Positions 8,743-17,060 of a stretch of 32,000 bases of DNA are shown one piece after another. Within the stretch, counting starts at the first letter, position 1; every line of letters begins with the position of its first letter. The notes under the pieces are model-generated. The model saw only the letters and a program-made list of their open reading frames with translations, did not search any database and was not told the origin of the DNA. Origin of the DNA: Trichodesmium erythraeum IMS101 (GTDB taxonomy: Bacteria; Cyanobacteriota; Cyanobacteriia; Cyanobacteriales; Microcoleaceae); the NCBI RefSeq assembly GCF_000014265.1, contig NC_008312.1, forward strand, positions 4,290,001 to 4,322,000, written 5' to 3'. The translations under genes were made by a program, and so were the position numbers.

Positions 8743-9017
8743 AATTATCCTCCTGGCGAATGCTTAATGATTCAGCATTGATAATTGACAAAATAGCTTT
8801 TTTTGTTAGATTTTATATATTTTTTTTATACTCTACAAGCTATACTTTAAGAGGTTAACTTACTTTTAGCTACCATTAAAAAAATTTTCAATTATTTTAA
8901 ATTTTAGTTTAAATTAAATAAAGTTTAATAAACTAAGATCAAATATATTTAATTTTTGTTACTAAGCTTTACCGACAGCTAAAATTTATATATAAAGATT
9001 AAACTCATTTATTCTCT

Positions 9018-9093
9018 AGGACTTACCCACCCATCTGAAATTATTAACCTTATGTAAGACCTCTTACTATATATAGTAGTTATGGTAAGTCCT
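9018..9093. repeat. MITE/REP-like small inverted-repeat element
   Basis: Perfect 10-bp terminal inverted repeat: aggacttacc (9018-9027) and ggtaagtcct (9084-9093). Internal palindromes gtaagacctcttac and actatatatagt. The ends match the copies at 1272, 6525 and 15284. Confidence 0.55.
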
Positions 9094-9818
9094 GTTATAA
9101 AAGTTGAATTACCAATATTAAAAAAAAAGGAAAAGATACTATATTTATGCCTATCTTTGGTGAATTGCAGAGCTATTTCATTTAACAAAAAAGCACCTAT
9201 AAATGAGCAAAAAATACTCTAATCTTTATCTTTTCCTGACTAAGCTTAGAGAATAAAACAGGTATGGGTAGATTGCAAAAAAAATCTATAATTATTAATT
9301 AATTCTTAACTATTACTATTGGAAGCTGAAATATTTCTAGACAGACTGCCCTTATTACCTGTACTTAATCTTAAAATTTCAAATATAATTGTTGTAGTTA
9401 TTTTGTGTATCTAAACTCATATCTAGTGTCTAATTGCATAAATTAATATACTTATTGAGCCGATAAAAACCTTTGAACTAAAAGAAGGTAATAAAAAAAT
9501 AATATTACTAAGTTTTGCAACTAAACACTAGCATTAAACTGAACTAAACTTATTTAACAACTTATTTAATATTAACCGTTTTGATTGCTGATATTATGTC
9601 AGAATTTTGTATGAATACAAGTAAGATTTGCATTCATACACTAGCTGAAAATATAAGTGACGGTTAAGATACCTATCCCACAAATCTATTAAAGCCATCC
9701 TATATTTATGTAATGCCATAAATTGTCTTTATAGCAGTCAAAATAATTCACTCATAGTGCTGAATAACTTTACTCTTATGGCTAAATTTAACCTGTTCCA
9801 AAACTTTTCTAATCCTAA

Positions 9819-11165
9819 TTATTTTGGTGTAAAGCAAACTTCTATTTTATGAGCTGGACGAGCAACAGGAAATGTATTAATTGTCAAATCTTGATTCTCT
9901 TTAAATTTCCAACTACAATTATCTAGTAGGGCAGATATAAAGATTTTGATGACCAAATAAGCAAATTCTTTACCTATACACTCCCTGGCGCCACCTCCAA
10001 ATGGGATATAACAAAGAGGTTTCTTTTTATCTTCAGCATTAGTAGGGTTAAACCTTTCTGGATTAAATATTTCTGGTTGCTTATATATTTCTGGATCTTT
10101 AAGAACTGAACTAATGTAATAATATGCATGCCACCCTTTAGGAATTCGGAATCCTTGAAAAGAACAATCTTCAATAATTTTTCTAAGTCCACCACTAACA
10201 GGAGGTACTAGCCGTAATACTTCTTTAATTACTTGTTCTAGATAAACCATTTTCTTGTATTTATCTAAAGATAATGGTTCTGAAACATCCATTTTTTCTT
10301 GTTCTATTTGAAGTAATTTTAAAACATCTAAATGTTCAGATGTTAAGATGAAAAAAGAACTTAATGCTGAACTTAATTCCTTTTTTCCTAATGATAAAAG
10401 ATTAACCATTTGCCCTACTATTTCTCTTGGAGTTAGTTCATAATTCATTTGTTCTTGAACTGTCAGTAATATGCCTAATATATCTGAACCAAAATTATTT
10501 TCTTTCTTTCTTCTGACAATGATTTGTTCAAATTGATTAAATAACTTATTCTTGCTTTCTAAAGCACTACCGAATTTAGTCCAAGGAAATACTACAGGTA
10601 TAGTATTTAATCCTGAACTCATATCTTTTAAATAATTACTAATCTCACTTTTTGAAGCATAATCTATACCTAGCAATAATTTCAAAATCATATCTAAAGT
10701 ATAATTATTTATTTCAGAATATAAGTCTACATAATCAGATTTAATCCATTTTAAAAAATAGCTCTGACTCAAATCATGAATAATATCAATATAATTATTT
10801 AAGTTTTTACTTTTGATGGTTTTAGCTAATATTTTTTGTCTCTCTCTATGTTCTTTACCTGCTAAAACAGTAATGTCATTTTCACCGAATATTCTTTGAT
10901 AATTTCTCAAAATTTGAGAGTATGTGAAGTATTTATTTTCATTAGTTAAAATAAATTTAATAGCTTCATATCCTTGAAAGTAAATAAAATTTTTACCGAG
11001 AAAGTTGGTTTTATAAACAGGACCATATTTTTGATAAACTTCTTCTATAAAATTTTGAGGGTTTTTGAAGATTTTTTTGTTTTGTCCAATAAAAGGTAAT
11101 CCTAAATCCCCAGGGGGTAAAGCTAAAGAAGAAGCTGGATTGGATGATTTAAAATTCATATTCAT
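9819..11165 (-). CDS. Cytochrome P450 (CYP120-like)
   Basis: 448-aa ORF. Heme-thiolate loop FGGGARECIGKEFA, N-terminal PPGDLGLPFIGQ, and an ExxR-type region (KEVLRL). Confidence 0.9.
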   Translation of the reverse strand: MNMNFKSSNPASSLALPPGDLGLPFIGQNKKIFKNPQNFIEEVYQKYGPVYKTNFLGKNFIYFQGYEAIKFILTNENKYFTYSQILRNYQRIFGENDITVLAGKEHRERQKILAKTIKSKNLNNYIDIIHDLSQSYFLKWIKSDYVDLYSEINNYTLDMILKLLLGIDYASKSEISNYLKDMSSGLNTIPVVFPWTKFGSALESKNKLFNQFEQIIVRRKKENNFGSDILGILLTVQEQMNYELTPREIVGQMVNLLSLGKKELSSALSSFFILTSEHLDVLKLLQIEQEKMDVSEPLSLDKYKKMVYLEQVIKEVLRLVPPVSGGLRKIIEDCSFQGFRIPKGWHAYYYISSVLKDPEIYKQPEIFNPERFNPTNAEDKKKPLCYIPFGGGARECIGKEFAYLVIKIFISALLDNCSWKFKENQDLTINTFPVARPAHKIEVCFTPK

Positions 11166-11467
11166 AAATATTTTATTTGACTTATTTAAATAGATTTTTG
11201 ATGCTTGAAAAAAACATTAATGTAATTCTATCACCATTAAGTATACAATCAAGTACAAACGAAATTTTTTCGACAATCTTTAGTTTTCAAAAGGTTACAG
11301 CTAGAAACATTTACTTATAGAACTCAGACCAACATCAATTTCCTAATACTCCAGAATATAATTAACTTTAGATAAATTGAATTGATTTGATTTAATTACT
11401 GATGTTTAGCTTTAAACTAGAAAAGTATACCCAAAACCAACAGAAAAAACCTAAGTAATAATTGGAT

Positions 11468-13120
11468 ATGTTGAAAAACTTATTATCTCAAGTTATATTA
11501 TTTCCTTGCTGGTTTAAAAAATTAATCAGTTCTTTACTGGACAAGGCTAACTTTAATACCCCATTCCCAAATAGCTCGATTCGCAAATCATTAAAATTTG
11601 GCCTTTGCGTAACTGTTTTATGTCTCTTCTGTTTTGGCCTTGTACCAATGATGGCCATAGCTAGAGAATATCAATCTTCAGGAGAAATCTCAATCAAACC
11701 CTACTTAGACCGAGTAATTAAAAAAGTCACAGAATTTCGCCTCAATAATGGCATGAAATTCATCGTTCTGGAACGACATAGTGCTCCTGTTATTTCCTTT
11801 GTCATCTATGCGGATGTGGGTGGAGCCAACGAGCCAGACGGCAAAACAGGTGTAGCTCACTACCTCGAACATTTAGCTTTTAAAGGTACAAAAAAAATTG
11901 GCACAAAAGACTATGAAGCAGAAAAACCTATTTTAGATAATTTAGATAGGATATTTGCACAAATTCAGCAAAGTAAAATAGATGGCAAAACTGAAGAGGT
12001 TGCTAAACTAAAAGCAGACTTTGAGAAAGCTCAAAACTTGGCATCTGAATATGTTAATCAAAATGAATTCTCGAAAATTGTCCAACAAGCAGGAGGAGTA
12101 GGACTAAATGCTGCCACTTCCGCAGACTACACTCAATACTTTTATAGCTTACCTGCTAATAAACTAGAATTATGGATGTCTTTAGAGTCAGAAAGATTTC
12201 TAGAACCAGTATTTAGGGAATTTTATAAAGAAAAACAAGTAATTCTGGAAGAGAGGCGATCGCGCACCGAAAATTCACCCGTTGCCCAAATATTAGAAGA
12301 GTTCCTCCGTAAAGCTTTTCTGGTACATCCTTATGGTCGCCCGATCATTGGTTATTCAAAAGAAATACAAAATTTAACCAGAGAGAATGTTCGGAATTTT
12401 TTCGATCTTCACTATGTTCCTAGTAACTTAAATGTAGCAATAGTGGGAGATGTTAACCCTAAGGAAGTTAAAAAGTTAGCAAAAATATACTTCGGTCGCT
12501 ACAAAGTCAAACAAAAACCCCCAAGACTTAATGTTGTTGAGCCTACTCAAGCTGAGACGCGGGAAGTAACGATGGAGTTGCCATCCCAACCTTGGTATAT
12601 AGAGGGTTATCATCGACCAGCAATGAATCATCCTGATAGTGTAATTTATGATATGATTACTAGTATTTTGAGTGATGGTCGTACTTCTCGCCTCTATCAG
12701 TCATTAGTTGAGAAACAACAAGTTGCACTTGTAGCTAGAGGGTTTAGTGGTTATCCGGGAAGTAAATACCCACATTTGATACTATTCTATGCTATGACTG
12801 CTCCTAATAGTAATATAGATGAAGTAGGAGCAGCTTTGCAAGCAGAAATTGAAAGGTTGAAAACAGAGCTAGTTTCTGAACAAGAGTTACAGCGGGTAAA
12901 GACTCAAGCGCGGGCAGGTATGTTACGTTCTCTAGATTCTAACATGGGTATGGCTTCTGCTCTGTTGGACTACGAAGTTAAAACAGGTTCGTGGCAAAAT
13001 TTATTTAAAGAGTTGGATATTATTAATGCTGTAACTAGGGAAGATATTCAACGTATAGCTCAAAAAACTTTTGTACCAGAAAACCGAACTATTGCTAGAC
13101 TACTTTCTAAGCAAAATTAA
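11468..13120 (+). CDS. M16 family zinc peptidase, catalytic subunit (pitrilysin-like), with an N-terminal membrane anchor or signal
   Basis: Inverted zinc motif HYLEHLAFKGT (HxxEH). Hydrophobic N-terminus FGLCVTVLCLFCFGLVPMMAIA. The track start at 11462 is a TTG; the first ATG is 11468, so the start is uncertain. Confidence 0.85.
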   Translation: MLKNLLSQVILFPCWFKKLISSLLDKANFNTPFPNSSIRKSLKFGLCVTVLCLFCFGLVPMMAIAREYQSSGEISIKPYLDRVIKKVTEFRLNNGMKFIVLERHSAPVISFVIYADVGGANEPDGKTGVAHYLEHLAFKGTKKIGTKDYEAEKPILDNLDRIFAQIQQSKIDGKTEEVAKLKADFEKAQNLASEYVNQNEFSKIVQQAGGVGLNAATSADYTQYFYSLPANKLELWMSLESERFLEPVFREFYKEKQVILEERRSRTENSPVAQILEEFLRKAFLVHPYGRPIIGYSKEIQNLTRENVRNFFDLHYVPSNLNVAIVGDVNPKEVKKLAKIYFGRYKVKQKPPRLNVVEPTQAETREVTMELPSQPWYIEGYHRPAMNHPDSVIYDMITSILSDGRTSRLYQSLVEKQQVALVARGFSGYPGSKYPHLILFYAMTAPNSNIDEVGAALQAEIERLKTELVSEQELQRVKTQARAGMLRSLDSNMGMASALLDYEVKTGSWQNLFKELDIINAVTREDIQRIAQKTFVPENRTIARLLSKQN

Positions 13121-13483
13121 GTTTGGTAGTATCGGTTAAATAAAGTAGATTTGATTCGGGGGAAAGTATTTACTGATATTTGTTATCCCACAAACTGGCT
13201 TTCTGATCACATTCTACTCCTAAGCAGAGTTGATCTAATGGTAGAACTCTAGTAGTGGACTGACACACCTAAAAAGGTATTTTTTGAACTAAGTAAAATC
13301 TAAGACGCCCCTTATTATGGTTTGCTTATTATGAGGGGAATTGCTACGTTCTATCCTACCAAATATAGGCTGATAGCACCATTTTAGCTTTTTCTGTCTA
13401 GCAAGGGTTTTTAGCTGCCTACCACAAACTACGGTTTAACAGTTAAAAATTATGTGGCGCCTTAACGCTCCGTCGATAAGTAT

Positions 13484-13581
13484 ACTGGATATAAAGTTTG
13501 GCGTGACAAAGATTTCCACTCATACCTGTTACACTGGATATAAAGTTTGGCGTGACAAAGGTTTCCACTCATACCTGTTAC
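13484..13581. repeat. 49-bp tandem duplication (2 units, 1 mismatch) in the spacer between the two M16 genes
   Basis: Unit actggatataaagtttggcgtgacaaagatttccactcatacctgttac at 13484-13532 is repeated at 13533-13581, with a single a-to-g change. Confidence 0.95.
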
Positions 13582-13654
13582 AGTTTAAATTTTAGCTGTA
13601 AATACGCAGCTGACAATAATGAACTTTTACGTCTAAATCTAACAAAAACAAATT

Positions 13655-15139
13655 ATGCTCTCTCACCAAAAGAAAATTACTAGATCAAAGCTTTTCTTAA
13701 TAGCATTTTTAGTAATAGTAATCCTATTATATATTTTAGGAAGGATGCCAGCTATAGCTATAACACCACCAAAACATTACACTGAACTAGAATTTCCACC
13801 ATTACCAAAATTAGAGCTGCCTGAATACACTCGCTTTAAACTTGAAAATGGCATAGTTGTATATTTAATGGAGGACCATGAGCTTCCTCTAATTGGTGGA
13901 CGTGCTTTATTTCGTACAGGTTCAAGATTTGAACCAGAAAATCAAGTAGGTTTAGCAAACTTAACTGGAACTGTTATGCGTACAGGAGGTACAACTCAAC
14001 ACTCTTCTGAATACATAAACCAACTACTTGAACAAAAAGCGGCAGCGGTAGAAACAGGTATCGGGGGTACTGCTGGTAGTGCTAGGTTTAGTTGTCTTAC
14101 TGAAGACTTGGCAAAAGTTTTTGAATTATTTACTGAGGTAATTCGCGAACCTGTATTTACTGAGGAAAAACTAGACCTTGCCAAACAACAATGGCAAGGT
14201 AACATTGCTCGTCGCAATGATGATCCTGGATCTATTGCTAGTCGCGAGTTCCAAAAATTGATTTATGGAAGAGAAAGTCCTTATGCTAGAACTGTTGAAT
14301 ATGAAACTCTCAATAATATTTCCCAGGAAGATTTAATTGATTTCTATACCAAATATTTTCATCCTGAGAATATGATTTTGGGAATAGTGGGAGATTTTAA
14401 TACTAAACAGATGCGATCGCTGGTCACAGAAAAACTAGGGGACTGGCAACCAAGTCGTCAAGCATTGAAGTTTCCTCTACCAAAAGTTACTCAGGCTGAA
14501 GTTGGTAATATATTTTTTGTAGAACAACCTCAGCTAAATCAAAGTTATATACAAATGGGTCATTTAGGCGGAAAATTAGATAATCCTGATTATACAGCTT
14601 TGAGTGTAATGAATAGCATCCTGAATGGTTTAGGGGGGCGCTTGCTCAATAATATTAGATCCCGCCAAGGTTTAGCTTATTCTGTTTCTGCTTATTGGAG
14701 TGCTAATTATGATTATCCAGGAGTATTCGTCGCTGGTGGTCAAACTCGTTCGGATGCAACTGTCGCATTTATCCAGTCTATTAATGAAGAAATTGAACTT
14801 ATCCGCACTCAACCTATTACACAAGAGGAACTTAAGCGGGCTAAAGATTCGGCACTCAATTCATTTATTTTCAACTTTCAAGACCCAGCTCAAACTTTAT
14901 CCCGTTTGATGCGATATGAATATTATGATTATCCTCAAGATTTTATTTTTCGTTATCGCCAGGAATTGGAAAAAATTACAGTTGCAGATGTGCAAAGAGT
15001 TGCTCAAAAATATTTGCAACCTGAGAAAATGGTAACTTTAGTTGTGGGTAATAAAGAAGCAATTCAACCGCCTCTGAGTACTTTGGGAGATGGGATTGAA
15101 ATTACTTCTATAGATATTACAATTCCAGAACCAAGTTAG
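13655..15139 (+). CDS. M16 family peptidase, non-catalytic partner subunit (no HxxEH)
   Basis: 494-aa ORF with an ATG start. N-terminal TM/signal LFLIAFLVIVILLYILG. M16 fold-like sequence throughout, but no zinc motif. Adjacent to the catalytic M16 gene on the same strand. Confidence 0.8.
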   Translation: MLSHQKKITRSKLFLIAFLVIVILLYILGRMPAIAITPPKHYTELEFPPLPKLELPEYTRFKLENGIVVYLMEDHELPLIGGRALFRTGSRFEPENQVGLANLTGTVMRTGGTTQHSSEYINQLLEQKAAAVETGIGGTAGSARFSCLTEDLAKVFELFTEVIREPVFTEEKLDLAKQQWQGNIARRNDDPGSIASREFQKLIYGRESPYARTVEYETLNNISQEDLIDFYTKYFHPENMILGIVGDFNTKQMRSLVTEKLGDWQPSRQALKFPLPKVTQAEVGNIFFVEQPQLNQSYIQMGHLGGKLDNPDYTALSVMNSILNGLGGRLLNNIRSRQGLAYSVSAYWSANYDYPGVFVAGGQTRSDATVAFIQSINEEIELIRTQPITQEELKRAKDSALNSFIFNFQDPAQTLSRLMRYEYYDYPQDFIFRYRQELEKITVADVQRVAQKYLQPEKMVTLVVGNKEAIQPPLSTLGDGIEITSIDITIPEPS

Positions 15140-15283
15140 ACGGCTTAGTAGGAGCGAATAACTCTGAATTCTTCCCAAGATGTTTAGGTAGCATTCTACA
15201 GGAAAACGCCCCTACAAAACCTAATTATACTAATGCTACCAGACTTAATATCACTACTGTCCGGTTGAATAGTTATTATAGTA

Positions 15284-15348
15284 GGACTTACGCCAGGAAA
15301 CTATATATAGTGTTTAATATTTATTTTCGATCTATATTCTGTAAGTCC
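15284..15348. repeat. MITE/REP-like small inverted-repeat element
   Basis: ggacttac (15284-15291) and gtaagtcc (15341-15348) are inverted. The left end ggacttacgccaggaaac resembles gaacttacgccaaaaaac at 6525. It contains the same palindrome, actatatatagt, as the 9018 copy. Confidence 0.5.
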
Positions 15349-15498
15349 CACTAATAAACTAGAAAATTGTGTATAAAGGGTTGCCCGAAGTTAAAATAGT
15401 GAAGTTAATTTCGATTTGCAGATAACTCTTATGTCCTTATAGGTAAAATTCCTACTGCTTTTTTGTGTTGAAATGACAAATTTAAAAGAATTTCTTGA

Positions 15499-16575
15499 TT
15501 TTTGTACCGTAGAGGAAAAACCAGTAATTTTTATATTCAGCTATGGGATACTGAAGAAATAAAGTTAGACTAAGTGCGGGAGTTGTTTTGGAATAAGCCA
15601 TCGGTTGATTTGTTGGTATTGTCTGCTTGTCGCACTGCTGTAAGAACTGGAATTTAGACTAAATACTTGAAGGTGCTATTAAGAAAAGAATTAAAAAAAA
15701 TTGAAACCATCAACAGATGTGAGAAACAAGATTTGACATTAGTTGACATGCATTGAGGGGCATAATAATTTTTTAACCCACTATCATACTCATCAGTGAT
15801 ACTGATACTCAGACTATTCAACTTCTTTGTCAACAATAATCAAAAGAGCTGTGGCTTTATAATTTAAAAATTCTTCAAAACCTCTGTCTCTTCAGGATGG
15901 TAGGTATTGTTTATTCAAAATGCTATAAATAATTGCTATGTCTGAGTTTGATGTCTTTTTACCATCTATTTAGGAACAACTCTAAAGATAAAATCAGGCA
16001 TTAAATTAAAATTATTTTGCTCAAATGCTTGATTTCACGTTAAAATCATTTCGTAATCAAGTTGATCATTTATTGGAAAATGCCAAGGATGCTGTTTTTG
16101 AACTGACTGATGCAGTAATGTTAAGCCCTAGTCCCAACTGGAACTGCATAATTATCTTTGTCCCCAGCATATCCCAGACAATGGCACAGCTACCATCAAG
16201 GCTCTCGAAAATTGTCATCAATAACAATATAAATTGATTGCAGTTTATATCAACCAAATGCCATTGTTGGTAGGAGATCATAGTGCTTGGCTACGAACAG
16301 AAACGAGTGTTTGGTCCGTGAGTGATCAAGGTACATTGGGGTTAATGACAGAGTTTTATACTCATTTGAATAGTGTTAAGATTAAGTCAGAGGCGTTAAT
16401 ACAGGGACAGTTAGCAATGTTGCAAGGGAAGGTGGTTATTACATATCGGGAGTTGAGGGGAAGCAACACTCGTGGTGTGGTGAAATTACCCTCGGCGTTC
16501 GCAAATATTAAGAATCAAAATTTATCTCATCTTTATTATTGGGAAGGGTTTACTATTGTTGTTAGTTCTTGGTAA
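15499..16575 (+). pseudogene. Relic of a CHAT-domain (caspase-like) protease gene: C-terminal part only, with an in-frame stop and a ~0.6-kb insertion
   Basis: One frame at 15499-15657 reads FLYRRGKTSNFYIQLWDTEEIKLD*VRELFWNKPSVDLLVLSACRTAVRTGI*. It carries the CHAT catalytic-Cys motif LVLSAC and a TAA at 15571-15573. The frame at 16234-16575 ends SVWSVSDQGTLGLMTEFY...LSHLYYWEGFTIVVSSW, a typical CHAT C-terminus. The N-terminal bulk of the gene is absent (the M16 gene ends at 15139). Confidence 0.7.
16025..16237 (+). mobile_element. Remnant of a DDE transposase N-terminus (IS4/IS701-like) inside the CHAT relic
   Basis: FRNQVDHLLENAKDAVFELTDAVMLSPSP resembles, from memory, the N-termini of cyanobacterial IS4/IS701-type transposases. 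There is no DDE core, and I found no terminal repeats. Confidence 0.35.
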
Positions 16576-16998
16576 TAAATACTACTGAGTAAGTATTTAT
16601 ATTTAATCATAACCTACGCACGAGCACTACATCCAGTCAAGGTAAATGCCATTCGCAACTACATATAGCGTTTTCAAGGTTAATTTGCTTAATTACTATT
16701 AATATCTCCCTAATAATTTGACTCCTGCTCAAGGTAAATGAAGATAATTTTTATAGTATAAATACTTAAGCAAATTACTGATTTTATACTAATTTTTATG
16801 CTAAAAATTGAAGTAGAGAATGTGGGCTATAATATTATCTCCAGTTAAATGCTTACACTTTGGAGGGTTTTCCTAGGAGGCTCTATGGCTCTCAGCAGAA
16901 GGATAGAATTGACAGTTACGGTCCTTAGTTTTTTGATCACTGATGTTCCGGACATAATATTACTTATTATCCGGACATCATATTAAAAACAGAACCGG

Positions 16999-17014
16999 AC
17001 GTTTTATGAAACGT
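16999..17014 (-). terminator. Weak candidate intrinsic terminator downstream of the GDPD/RTX gene
   Basis: The minus strand reads acgtttcataaaacgt (6-bp stem, 4-nt loop) followed by ccggttctgttttt. The stem is short and AT-rich. Confidence 0.3.
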
Positions 17015-17060
17015 ACCTACCTGAGTCTAGTGAGTTCAAAACCGTTGTTAAATATACTCC

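Noticed and set aside
9674-13194. The 11-mer tatcccacaaa occurs at 9674-9684 and 13184-13194
   Set aside because: There are only two copies, with no shared flanks or positional logic. That is too little evidence to call a site.
15654-16281. ORFs 15654-15836(-) and 16066-16281(-) within the CHAT relic insertion
   Set aside because: They lie in degraded IS or pseudogene DNA, have no motifs, and overlap the + strand transposase fragment.
16637-16648. CAAG|GTAAAT resembles a eukaryotic 5' splice site
   Set aside because: The HIP1-rich bacterial context and the Shine-Dalgarno-led genes make a eukaryotic interpretation untenable. The motif is kept only as an unexplained short repeat.
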